Part shown: positions 40,982 to 50,191 of the stretch, in pieces | How the letters are laid out: the number at the start of each line of letters is the position of its first letter | Position numbering within the stretch: position 1 is the stretch's first letter | Source: Chloroflexota bacterium | GTDB taxonomy: Bacteria; Chloroflexota; UBA11872; VXNJ01 | Reading direction: 5' to 3' | Assembly: GCA_965261345.1 (NCBI GenBank) | Contig: OZ253449.1 | Coordinates: forward strand, 1,408,001 to 1,472,000 | Length of the DNA: 64,000 bases | Program-made: the position numbers and the translations under genes | The notes under the pieces: model-generated | What the model saw: only the letters and a program-made list of their open reading frames with translations | Database searches by the model: none | What the model was told of the DNA's origin: nothing

Positions 40982-42018
40982 ACCCAGCAGGCGGGATACT
41001 CCCGACCGACCGCCTGGGTCGGCCGGTCCGCGATCTGCGGATATCGCTTACCGATCGCTGTAACTTCCGCTGCAGCTACTGCATGCCGGCCGAGGTCTTC
41101 GGCGAGCACTACGAATACCTACCGCGCGCCCAGATCCTTACCTTCGAGGAAATAATCCGCCTGGCCGCGATATTCTGCCGGCTCGGGGTGAACAAGCTGC
41201 GCTTAACCGGCGGCGAACCGCTGCTGCGGCGCGACCTGCCCGAGCTGATCGCCGGCCTGCGCCGGGTTGCCGGCGACGCCGACATTACCCTTACCACCAA
41301 CGGATACCTTCTGGCCGGGCACGCCGAAGCGCTAAAGCAGGCCGGTCTCTCGCGGATTACGGTAAGCCTGGACGCGCTCGATTCGGAAACCTTCTCGCAA
41401 CTCAACGGGCGGAGCTTTTCGGTCGAACCGGTGCTGGACGGAATCACGGCGGCGGTGGAAGCCGGCCTGGCGCCGGTCAAGATCAACTGCGTCATCGTAA
41501 AGGGCGTAAACGAACACGCCCTTTACGATCTGTGTGACCATTTCCGCCACAGCGGGGCGATCGTGCGCTTTATCGAGTACATGGACGTTGGCACCCTCAA
41601 CGGCTGGGAACTGCGGCAGGTGGTCACGGCCGCCGCGATGGTCGAGCGGATCGGCCGCCGCCACCGGCTGGAACCGGTCGATCCCAACTACCGGGGCGAA
41701 GTTGCCAACCGCTACCGATTCGTCGATGGCGGTGGCGAAGTCGGATTCATCGCCTCGGTCAGTGAGCCCTTCTGTGGTGACTGCACGCGGGCCCGGCTAA
41801 CCCCCGATGGGCGCCTGGTTACCTGCCTGTTTGCCGCCGACGGGGTCGACCTGCGCGGGCTGTTGCGCTCCGGCATTGGCGATGACTGCCTCGGTGAGAC
41901 CATCGCCGCGATCTGGACGGGACGCCATGATCAGTATTCGCAACTGCGCTCCCAGGTGACCGCCGGGCTCGCGAGCAAGCCGGAGCCGCGGATCGAGATG
42001 TACCAGATAGGTGGTTAG
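40978..42018 (+). CDS. moaA: GTP 3',8-cyclase (molybdopterin biosynthesis)
   Basis: DRCNFRCSYCMP radical-SAM motif, LTGGEPLLR, FCGDCTRARL and C-terminal MYQIGG. Confidence 0.96.
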   Translation: MNPAGGILPTDRLGRPVRDLRISLTDRCNFRCSYCMPAEVFGEHYEYLPRAQILTFEEIIRLAAIFCRLGVNKLRLTGGEPLLRRDLPELIAGLRRVAGDADITLTTNGYLLAGHAEALKQAGLSRITVSLDALDSETFSQLNGRSFSVEPVLDGITAAVEAGLAPVKINCVIVKGVNEHALYDLCDHFRHSGAIVRFIEYMDVGTLNGWELRQVVTAAAMVERIGRRHRLEPVDPNYRGEVANRYRFVDGGGEVGFIASVSEPFCGDCTRARLTPDGRLVTCLFAADGVDLRGLLRSGIGDDCLGETIAAIWTGRHDQYSQLRSQVTAGLASKPEPRIEMYQIGG

Positions 42019-42049
42019 GCGGGACCGGACCGGAACGCCCCGGGCGGGC

Positions 42050-42679
42050 CTATTCGGCGGCCGGAATCTCCCCGGTCAGCGCGTCTAATTCGTCTTCTCC
42101 GTCTATTTCATCGTCGGTGGCAAGACGCGAACGCTCGACGTGGGCCAGCGTGATATCGGGGCTCGAGACCAGGGTCACGCCCTCAGGCATATCCAAATCG
42201 CCGGCGTTGATCGCATCGCCGGCGTCGCCTAGCCCGCCCAGGTCAATCGACAGACCGGCCGGGATATGGCGCGGTAAAGCATTGACCGAGACTGAGTTGA
42301 CGATCCGGACGACGTAGAGATCCGAACGCGTATCGGCCGGCGATTCGCCGACGAATTCCACCGGGACGTCGAGGTGCACCGGGACATTGGCGTCGACGTG
42401 GCGAAATACCACGTGCAGTACGCGCCGGGTAACCGGGTGGACGTCGACGTTATCTACCAGGGCCAGCTCGCTGCCGCCGTTGAGGTTGAGTTCAATTAGC
42501 CCGGAGCGCCCGAAATTGCGCACGTAGGCGGCCATCGCGTGCTCGTCCACCTGCAACGGCCGTGAATCTTGGCCGGAGGTAATGAGATTGCCGGGTATGC
42601 GGCCTTCGCGGCGCAGGGATTTGACGCGGTTGCCAAATCGCGATCGCGATTCGGCGGTAATTGCGTTCGTTTCGGGCAT
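42050..42679 (-). CDS. rplY: 50S ribosomal protein L25/CTC
   Basis: LRREGRIPG, VDVHPV..RVLHVVF and a CTC C-terminal domain. Confidence 0.9.
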   Translation of the reverse strand: MPETNAITAESRSRFGNRVKSLRREGRIPGNLITSGQDSRPLQVDEHAMAAYVRNFGRSGLIELNLNGGSELALVDNVDVHPVTRRVLHVVFRHVDANVPVHLDVPVEFVGESPADTRSDLYVVRIVNSVSVNALPRHIPAGLSIDLGGLGDAGDAINAGDLDMPEGVTLVSSPDITLAHVERSRLATDDEIDGEDELDALTGEIPAAE

Positions 42680-43095
42680 TGACTATCTGCCGGGATGTTA
42701 AAGGCGATGGAGGTTAGATTGCCGGTTGCGGCTGCCTGGCGGGGAAGCGTTGACGGCCATCGCCCGCCCGGATCCCTGCAACCTTGGAATTATCAAAAAT
42801 TCCAGCCAGGGTGACGGCAGCGGCGCGCGGCCGATTGACGCTGATGGTGCCAAGCGCAAATATTGCTGGCACGTTAAGTATGACCAAGAGTGCCCGCCCT
42901 GGAACTGATCGGCCCGATCGGCCCGATCGCTTGGCCCCCGAATGAAACTAAAATCTCGGCGTTGCGCTAAGGCCGCTAACTAGACCAACCCGCGGTCAAA
43001 GCGCAACCAATACATTGAGTGGCCGGCAGCCGATCTTGCAAGCTGGCGCCGCACCACAATATGAGTACTAACCGCACCTAGGGATACCCAAACCA

Positions 43096-43335
43096 TTGGC
43101 CAGTCGAAGAGCAGCCTCACTTAGCTCACTTTTCTCCGATGCCTGCAAACGCCAGGAAATCGCAATCGAGGAAGCCCTGGGATGCGAGCGGGTCGAAAAC
43201 ACTCTGGTGCTGCACCTTAGCTTCGATTCGCGGGTTGTCTTCCAGATCGAGATCGACGATGACGGTCTGCCGCGGTCCCTGGGCCAGGAGATCGTTGGCG
43301 CCGGATCGGCCCGGTCGGAGTCGCCCGGGTACTAA
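43096..43335 (+). CDS. Hypothetical small protein
   Basis: 79-aa ORF with natural composition; its stop overlaps the convergent ORF. Confidence 0.45.
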   Translation: MASRRAASLSSLFSDACKRQEIAIEEALGCERVENTLVLHLSFDSRVVFQIEIDDDGLPRSLGQEIVGAGSARSESPGY

Positions 43336-43889
43336 TCGGCCAGGTAGCGCCGCGGCCAGATGCCGCGGTTGCGGGCGGTGACCACTACCAGCACCGATGC
43401 CGCCAACAGCAGGACCAATAGCGCCGCGGCGGCGACCAGGCCGTCGCTGACCCGGATCCAGACCGCCAGGTTGAAGATCCCCCAGGCGGATACCGGCGCG
43501 GCCAGCAGTATCTGCGGAAAGACGACCAGCGAGGCCAGAAGCGCGTAACCACGCGGGCGTTCGTCGGCAATTTCGCCCGAGTATTCAAAATGCCGCCGGG
43601 CCAGGCAGTCGCTAACGAATGCCGACCAGAAAAGATAGACCCCGATCAGCAGCGGCGCGGCCGCCAGCGCGGCATTGCCCAGGATGGGTTCGGCCAGGGC
43701 GCCAGATTGCGGATCGGCCACCGGGGCGAACGGGGCGTCCAGGGCCAGCAGCGAGGCCAGCCAGGATGAGCGTAGAAAAACGACCAGTACCAATCCCAGG
43801 GCGGCGGCAATGCCCAGTCCGGGCCAGGGGATCTGGACCCGGTGGTTGGCCGCCGCCCGGCGGCCGGTTGGGGGTGTGGCCATCGGCAA
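43332..43889 (-). CDS. Hypothetical membrane protein
   Basis: About four hydrophobic segments; fills the gap divergent from rpsP. Confidence 0.65.
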   Translation of the reverse strand: MPMATPPTGRRAAANHRVQIPWPGLGIAAALGLVLVVFLRSSWLASLLALDAPFAPVADPQSGALAEPILGNAALAAAPLLIGVYLFWSAFVSDCLARRHFEYSGEIADERPRGYALLASLVVFPQILLAAPVSAWGIFNLAVWIRVSDGLVAAAALLVLLLAASVLVVVTARNRGIWPRRYLAD

Positions 43890-44119
43890 CTGGGTCCTAA
43901 CTGCTAGCGCTTAACGCTGGTTCCGCGCCCGTCGCCGGGCTTCCGGGGCGCCCGCCGCCGCCGCCCGAACTGTCCTTTAAGGCTTGAGCGTTATACTCAA
44001 TTCTGCTTGGTCGGAGATGCCGGCGGGACGCCGGCCGCGCCAGCCGTTACATGGTCGGCCAGCCGATCGGGCTGCGACGGGTTAAATTTCCCATCCCCAT
44101 TTTTTGCGGAGATATCGGC

Positions 44120-44539
44120 TTGCTAAAGATCCGCCTGCAACGGCGCGGGGCCAAAAAGCGGCCCAACTACCGAGTGGTGGTCATTCCGTCCGAATCCGCG
44201 CGCGACTCGCGCTGCGTTGACGACCTGGGCTTCTACGACCCGGTACCCAACCCCTCGCGGGTTCAAATCGATGTCGACCGGGCCGCCAATTGGATGCGAA
44301 ACGGGGCGCAACCCAGTGACCGAGTGGCCAGACTGCTAGAGGAAATCCAACCCAATTTTGCCGAGTTCGTCCGCTCCGGAGTCACCCTCGAGGTGGCCCA
44401 GCAGGCCCAGGCCGCCGCCAACACCATCGCCAAACGGCGCCGTGCCGAAGCCCAGGGCGGTGATCCGGCTGAGACCGGAGAACCGGTTGCCGCCGAGCCC
44501 GAAGCCGAAACCGAACCCGAGCCGGAAATCGCCGGCTAG
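44120..44539 (+). CDS. rpsP: 30S ribosomal protein S16 with acidic C-terminal extension
   Basis: LKIRLQRRGAKKRPNYRVVV...LGFYDP...WMRNGAQPSDRV; GGAGA RBS before TTG 44120. Confidence 0.95.
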   Translation: MLKIRLQRRGAKKRPNYRVVVIPSESARDSRCVDDLGFYDPVPNPSRVQIDVDRAANWMRNGAQPSDRVARLLEEIQPNFAEFVRSGVTLEVAQQAQAAANTIAKRRRAEAQGGDPAETGEPVAAEPEAETEPEPEIAG

Positions 44540-44630
44540 GCCGGGAAACTGGCGTCCTGCCAAAGACCGCCGCCGGGTCGGGGCCACCAATTCCAGATAC
44601 AACTACCACCAGAGAACTGAAAGTTAATCG

Positions 44631-44867
44631 ATGGAAGAGCTGATCCGCTTCATCGCCGTCAACCTTACCGGCGACGAGGATTCGATTGAAATAGAAACCT
44701 ACGAACGCTCCGGCACAACGGTCTATGAGCTGCGGGTCCAATCCGCCGATATGGGTCGGGTGATAGGCCGCCACGGGCGGATGGCGGCGGCGATTAGGCG
44801 GGTCATCAACGCCGCCCCGGTGGCGCGCGGTCAGCGCTGCATCCTCGATATCGAAGAGGCGACCTAA
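44631..44867 (+). CDS. khpA: KH-domain RNA-binding protein
   Basis: DMGRVIGRHGRMAAAIR; usual position after rpsP. Confidence 0.92.
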   Translation: MEELIRFIAVNLTGDEDSIEIETYERSGTTVYELRVQSADMGRVIGRHGRMAAAIRRVINAAPVARGQRCILDIEEAT

Positions 44868-44890
44868 GGTCCCAGCCAGCCGGCGCGACC

Positions 44891-45694
44891 TTGGCTGAGG
44901 CCCAGTCCGGCGCCCGGGCGCTGGCAATCGCGTTCGTTACCGCCTTTCCGGAGATGTTCCCCGGACCTTTGGGCGGTGGAATCGTCGGCCGCGCCTGCGA
45001 CCGCGGGCTGGCGGTCTTTGAGACCTTTGACCTTAGGGACTTTGCTGCGCCGGCACAGCGGCAGATCGATGATTACCCCTTTGGCGGCGGCGGCGGGATG
45101 GTGCTCCTGCCCGGCCCGGCCAGCGCCGCGGTGACCGCGGCGCGCGCGGGCACCGGGCACGTTATCTACATGACCCCGCAGGGCCGGCCGCTCCGACACG
45201 CCGACTGCGTCCGACTCTCAAGCAAGGACCGCTTGGTCATCCTGTGCGGGCGCTATGAGGGGGTTGACGAACGGGTGCGTGAGGCCCTGGTGGACGAGGA
45301 GTTTTCGGTCGGCGATTTCGTCGTGTGCGGCGGTGAACTGCCGGGAATGCTGCTGGCCGAAGCGGTGGTGCGGCTGCGCGCCGGAGTGGTCGGCAACGCC
45401 GCAACGGTCAGGGCCGATTCCTTTGCCGCCGGGCTGCTTGAGCACCCCCACTACACCCGGCCGAGGGAATTTGACGGTCGCCCGGTGCCGCCGGTGCTGC
45501 TCTCCGGTGACCACGCCGCGATTGCGGGTTGGAAACGACGCCATTCGCTGCTGCGCACCCTGCTGCGGCGACCGGAGCTGCTCGCCGGTGTGTCAATCGA
45601 ACCAGAGGACGCCCGCTGGCTGGCCGATCGCTGCCCGAAAGAATGGGCCGGCGCCTTGCCCGGCCAGCCGCCCGACCGGCGCAATTGCATCTGA
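44891..45694 (+). CDS. trmD: tRNA (guanine37-N1)-methyltransferase
   Basis: DDYPFGGGGGMV, CGRYEGVDER, GDFVVCGGE, LEHPHYTRP and VLLSGDH motifs. Confidence 0.96.
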   Translation: MAEAQSGARALAIAFVTAFPEMFPGPLGGGIVGRACDRGLAVFETFDLRDFAAPAQRQIDDYPFGGGGGMVLLPGPASAAVTAARAGTGHVIYMTPQGRPLRHADCVRLSSKDRLVILCGRYEGVDERVREALVDEEFSVGDFVVCGGELPGMLLAEAVVRLRAGVVGNAATVRADSFAAGLLEHPHYTRPREFDGRPVPPVLLSGDHAAIAGWKRRHSLLRTLLRRPELLAGVSIEPEDARWLADRCPKEWAGALPGQPPDRRNCI

Positions 45695-45814
45695 ACCAAA
45701 ATTGCGGGAAAATTCGTCGCTACTAGTAATTAGAGATTTGGCCCCGCGCGCTGAAAAACGGTGCGCTGCCGGCCAGATGGCATCTCCCTTGAATTTCACC
45801 CAAAAGGCAATCGC

Positions 45815-47407
45815 ATGATCTCCCACAAGCAAGTTCTCTCCGGCGCCGCGGCCCGCGAGCGCATACGTGAAGGCGTCAATCTGATCGGCGACGCGGTGCG
45901 GGTAACGATGGGGCCGCGCGGGCGCAATGTCGTACTTGAACGCAAGTACGCCAAGCCGGTCATCTCCAACGACGGCTACACCGTCGCCAACGCGATCGAC
46001 AACCTGGCCGACCCGTTCGTCAACACCGGTGCCAACCTGGCCTACCAGGCCGCCAAGAAGACCAATCAGGACGCCGGCGACGGCACCTCGACGTCGGCGG
46101 TTCTGACCCAGGCGATATTTACCGCGGCGCTCAAGCTGATGTCGGCCGGTTTTAACCCGATGGGGCTGCGGGCCGGCATGCTGAAGGCCGGTGAGGCGGT
46201 TACCGCCCACCTGGTCGCTTCGGCGCGCGCCTTAAAGAGCGATGAGGAGTTGGTCTGGGTCGCTGAGCTGTCGGCCAACGACCCCCAGATCGGCGAATTG
46301 GTCGCCGGGGTCTACCAGAAGCTGGGGAAAGACGCCGGTATCAATCTCGAGGATGGCTCAACCAGCGAGATAACGGTCGATTACCTGGCCGGGGTCACCT
46401 TTGACCGTGGGCTCAAATCGCCGTACTTTGCCGCCAGCGAGGACGGCCGAGTCGAGTTCGATAACCCCTCGATCTTTATCACCGATCAGAAACTTGAGGC
46501 GGCCGCCGAGATCATGCCGCTGCTGGAGAAGTTCGTCTCGCAGGGCGGCCGCAGCCTGCTGGTGCTGGCCGAGGACATCGAGAAAGAGGCGCTGGCGGCG
46601 TTGGTGATTAACCGCCTGCGCGGCAAAATCAACGTGGCCGCGGTCAAGGCCCCGGCCTTTAGCGATCGCCGCCGTGGGATGCTCGAGGACTACGCAATCT
46701 TTACCGGCGCACGGCTGTTTGCCAAGGAACTGGGAATCGCCTGGACCGACGTAACGCTGGATTACCTGGGCCGGGCCGACAAGGTGATCGTTAGCAAGAA
46801 CGAGACGACCATCATCGGCGGCCACGGCGAGGAAAAGGCGCTAAAACAGCGCATCGCCGAGCTCTGGGCCGGCAATGCGGCGGCCAAGAACGACTATGAC
46901 CGCGAGAAATTCGCCGAGCGGGCCAACAACCTCGCCGGCACGGTGGCGGTGGTCAACATCGGCGCGCCGACCGAGATCGAACAGAAGGAAATCCGGGCGC
47001 GGGTAGAAGACGCGGTGGCGGCCTCGCGCGCGGCGCTGGAGGAGGGCGTTATCCCTGGTGGCGGGGTTTCCCTGATCAGGGCGGCCGCAGCAATCGACGA
47101 ACTCGAACTTAGCGGCGATGCGGCGCTGGGCGCCAAGATCGTTCGCGAAGCGCTGTGGGCTCCGCTGGCCCAGATCGCCGAGAACGCCGGATTTGAGGGC
47201 GATGTCGTGGTGCGTCGGGTCGGAGATCTGGAAGGCGCCTTCGGTTTCAACGCGGCTACCGGGCAATACGAGGACCTCTATGAAGCCGGGGTGGTCGACC
47301 CGGTGCAGGTAACCCGGATGGCGGTCACCAACGCGGTATCGGCGGCGATGATGCTAGTTACCACCGGCACCCTGGTGGTTGACGCGAAACCCAAAACCAG
47401 CACCTAG
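45815..47407 (+). CDS. groEL: Chaperonin GroEL (divergent, no adjacent groES)
   Basis: TMGPRGRNV, NDGYT, AGDGTST, FDRG..SPYF, VKAPAF, EEGVIPGGG and GVVDP motifs. Confidence 0.93.
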   Translation: MISHKQVLSGAAARERIREGVNLIGDAVRVTMGPRGRNVVLERKYAKPVISNDGYTVANAIDNLADPFVNTGANLAYQAAKKTNQDAGDGTSTSAVLTQAIFTAALKLMSAGFNPMGLRAGMLKAGEAVTAHLVASARALKSDEELVWVAELSANDPQIGELVAGVYQKLGKDAGINLEDGSTSEITVDYLAGVTFDRGLKSPYFAASEDGRVEFDNPSIFITDQKLEAAAEIMPLLEKFVSQGGRSLLVLAEDIEKEALAALVINRLRGKINVAAVKAPAFSDRRRGMLEDYAIFTGARLFAKELGIAWTDVTLDYLGRADKVIVSKNETTIIGGHGEEKALKQRIAELWAGNAAAKNDYDREKFAERANNLAGTVAVVNIGAPTEIEQKEIRARVEDAVAASRAALEEGVIPGGGVSLIRAAAAIDELELSGDAALGAKIVREALWAPLAQIAENAGFEGDVVVRRVGDLEGAFGFNAATGQYEDLYEAGVVDPVQVTRMAVTNAVSAAMMLVTTGTLVVDAKPKTST

Positions 47408-47443
47408 GCCGGTTCGGCGGCCGGCCGCCGAATAGTTAAGTCT

Positions 47444-47881
47444 CTAGAAGACTGAGTCCGAGCGCGACCAGTCGACGTTGGAGATGTCGACCTGGATAGG
47501 ATCCTGCTGCGGGTCGAACGGTTCGACATCGGAGTCGTCGAAGATGCTCTTGAGGTGGTTGTCGGGCAGGAAATTCTGCTCAACTAGGGCGTCGCAGAAG
47601 GTCTCGATGACCTGATAGCGGGTAAACCACTCGTAGGGCCGCTCGTAGTTGCCCGAGCGGCGGGCGAAATAGCAGACTACGTCGCGCACCGTAATTTCGC
47701 CGATTGAACGCGATTGCGGAAACGATCGACAGAAATCGTCGACCCAGCCGACCCGTCGCTCGATCTCCTGGTGCGAATAGCGCTGTTTCGACGTAAGGTA
47801 CGAGCGATACCATTTGGCAGCGCCCGCGGCATAGATTGACATCTGATCCTCCCGGCTCAAAGCCCGCTGGCGCCTTGCCAA
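47444..47881 (-). CDS. Hypothetical protein resembling a stand-alone tyrosine-recombinase core-binding (SAM-like) domain
   Basis: YRSYL...RYS..EI.....VDDF.......EIT.RDV..YF......T....IETFCDALV..N.LPDN.L pattern, then an acidic tail; start may be ATG 47842. Confidence 0.6.
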   Translation of the reverse strand: MARRQRALSREDQMSIYAAGAAKWYRSYLTSKQRYSHQEIERRVGWVDDFCRSFPQSRSIGEITVRDVVCYFARRSGNYERPYEWFTRYQVIETFCDALVEQNFLPDNHLKSIFDDSDVEPFDPQQDPIQVDISNVDWSRSDSVF

Positions 47882-48018
47882 TTAGCGCCGGCCAGACCCT
47901 TAAACCACAAACGTCTAGTCATTATTTAGTTGTCGATGCGCGGCGGGAAATTCGGTTAGCCGAAATTCCCAAGACCACGGCACCAATTTCATTCTAGGGA
48001 CGTATTTGCAATTTACCA

Positions 48019-49416
48019 GTGCCCGCCCACGACGCGGCCCGCAGGGCCCTGAGGGCTAGCGGGAGAACTGTTTTGGGAATTGCCGATTTCGCCGGCCGCA
48101 AGGTCCTGGTCATGGGCCTGGGGCTGCATGGCGGCGGGGTGGCGATGGCCAGGTTCCTCTGCTCGCGCGGGGCCAGGGTCAAGGTCACCGACCTGCGCGA
48201 CGCCCAGACCCTGGCCCCCAGCATTGCCCAGCTGGCTGGCCTGGATGTCGAATTCGTGCTCGGGGAGCACCGCCAATCCGATTTTTCCGGCGCCGACCTT
48301 ATCATCCGCAACCCGGCCGTGCCCCGCCAGTCGCCCTTCCTGGCAGAAGCCCGCGCCGGTGGAGTGCCGATCGAGATGGAGATGGGGATATTCTTCGGCG
48401 AAGCCGGGCCGGCGCGCATCGTCGGGGTAACCGGCACCCGCGGCAAGACGACGACCGCGACCTTTATCGCTCACGCTCTCGCGCTGGCCGGACGCCGGGT
48501 CCGCCTGGCCGGCAATATGCGCATTTCGGCGGTGGCCCTGCTCGAGTGCCTGGACCCGGACGACACGGTAGTGTTGGAACTCTCCAGCTGGCAGTTGGAG
48601 GGTCTGCTGCCGCACCGCCTGGCCCCCGGCCGGGCGGTGGTGACCAACCTGCTTCCCGACCACCTCGACCGCTACCGGGACCTTGCCGAATACGCCGCCG
48701 CCAAGGAGACGATCGTGAGCCTGCAGGCCGCCGACGATCTGGCGGTGCTCAACGCCGAGAACCCCTATACCCGGGCCTTCGGCCGCCGGGCGCCGGGCCG
48801 GGTGGCCTGGTTTTCGGGCGAAGATAACGTCCCGGGTTGGCCGCGAGCCCGGATCGCCGGGCGCCACAACCGGGCCAACCTGGCGGCCGCCGCCAGGGTG
48901 CTCTTGGATCTGGGGCTGACCGACCGGGAGATCGCCGCCGCGGTTGCCGACTTTCCCGGGGTCCCCTACCGGCAGGAGCAGATCGCCCGGGCCGATGGGA
49001 TCGCCTGGGTCAACGACACTACCGCTACCACTCCGGACGGGACGATCGCGGCGCTGTCGGCGTTGCGCCCGCCCTTTGTCTGGATCGCCGGCGGATCGGA
49101 GAAGCATCTCGACTTTGCCGCCCTCACCGACCTGGCTAAATCACTGGGCGAAAAGATCGTGGCGGTGCTGCTGCTGCCCGGGGCGGCCAGTGAGCGGCTG
49201 GCGCCGCTGCTCTTCCCGCTCAACCTTTTGCGGGTCGATTCGATGGCCGCCGCGGTGGCCATAGCGGCCGAGTTGGCCAGGCCCGGCGATACCGTCCTGC
49301 TCTCGCCCGCGTGCGCCTCGTTTGGCCTGTTCCTTAATGAATTCGATCGCGGCGACCAGTTCAACCGCGCCGTGAGAGCCCGCTTGGAAGGCGGCGCGAA
49401 CGCGGCCTCGGCCTAA
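48019..49416 (+). CDS. murD: UDP-N-acetylmuramoyl-L-alanine--D-glutamate ligase
   Basis: VMGLGLHGG, GVTGTRGKTTT, LELSSWQL, NLLPDHLDRY and LLSPACASFGLFLNEFDRGDQF motifs; true start is probably slightly downstream. Confidence 0.93.
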   Translation: MPAHDAARRALRASGRTVLGIADFAGRKVLVMGLGLHGGGVAMARFLCSRGARVKVTDLRDAQTLAPSIAQLAGLDVEFVLGEHRQSDFSGADLIIRNPAVPRQSPFLAEARAGGVPIEMEMGIFFGEAGPARIVGVTGTRGKTTTATFIAHALALAGRRVRLAGNMRISAVALLECLDPDDTVVLELSSWQLEGLLPHRLAPGRAVVTNLLPDHLDRYRDLAEYAAAKETIVSLQAADDLAVLNAENPYTRAFGRRAPGRVAWFSGEDNVPGWPRARIAGRHNRANLAAAARVLLDLGLTDREIAAAVADFPGVPYRQEQIARADGIAWVNDTTATTPDGTIAALSALRPPFVWIAGGSEKHLDFAALTDLAKSLGEKIVAVLLLPGAASERLAPLLFPLNLLRVDSMAAAVAIAAELARPGDTVLLSPACASFGLFLNEFDRGDQFNRAVRARLEGGANAASA

Positions 49417-49474
49417 ACTCGAATTGAGCATCAATTGCGCGGCCATTTTTAGCAGAAGACGACGGTTAGGCCAC

Positions 49475-49738
49475 ATGCAGTCCAGCCTTATCGGCAAGAT
49501 CCAAAAAGCCAAACGCTATTCCGAGGAACCCGAGCGGATAACCATTACCGGCCTCAGTTCGCTCTTCCATGGTGGAAACGGCGAATACGAGGTGACCTAC
49601 TCGGCCGAGAGCGGTTGGTCGTGTACCTGCGAGTTCTCCCAGAACTGGAGCTACTGCTCGCATACGATAGCGCTGGAAAAACTACTAACTCCGATGGTCC
49701 AGATCGCCGCGGCGCCCAGTATCGACGAGCCCGCCTAG
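49475..49738 (+). CDS. Small SWIM zinc-finger protein
   Basis: MQSSLIGKIQKAKRYSEEPERI...WSCTCEF.....CSHTIALE (CxCxnCxH). Confidence 0.8.
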   Translation: MQSSLIGKIQKAKRYSEEPERITITGLSSLFHGGNGEYEVTYSAESGWSCTCEFSQNWSYCSHTIALEKLLTPMVQIAAAPSIDEPA

Positions 49739-49764
49739 AACATCTGCTAACATTTCTCTCCACT

Positions 49765-50119
49765 GGGGATGCTGGGATTTGACAGACTGGTCGAATTCCG
49801 GTTCGGCAGGTCGAGGATGCTGTCAAGCTCGTAAAAACGACAGCAATCAAAAACTGCCAGACCACAATTGGCTCTCGCCGCCTAAACCGCGGTGACGTCG
49901 CTCCAGGCCCCTCTGACGGCCTGGAATCCGGCGTTCGTTAGTCAGAGTGCGGCTGCGACCCCGCCTGATGGGTCGCCGATCAAGTCTTAATCGGGTAATC
50001 TGATCCCGGGCGTTGTCCGTAAACCATCCGGGCAGTAATGTCAGAAACGGTCTAAACCTGTAGAAGAGCCGGAAAGAAACAGTCTGGACGGGGCGTTCGA
50101 CTCACCCCCATCTCCACCA
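49765..50119 (+). ncRNA. ssrA: tmRNA; tag peptide (A)ARPQLALAA
   Basis: 5' GGGGATG pairs with 3' CATCTCC-ACCA (G3:U). GGATTTGAC and GAC...TTCGACT motifs present. Tag ORF at 49856-49885 follows AAAACT and ends LAA*. Confidence 0.93.
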
Positions 50120-50191
50120 ATAGCCGGGTCGGGCCGAGCGCCCGGCCCGCTGGCCGATCTACGCTCGATCGGCTCAACCGGCCCCCGGCTG

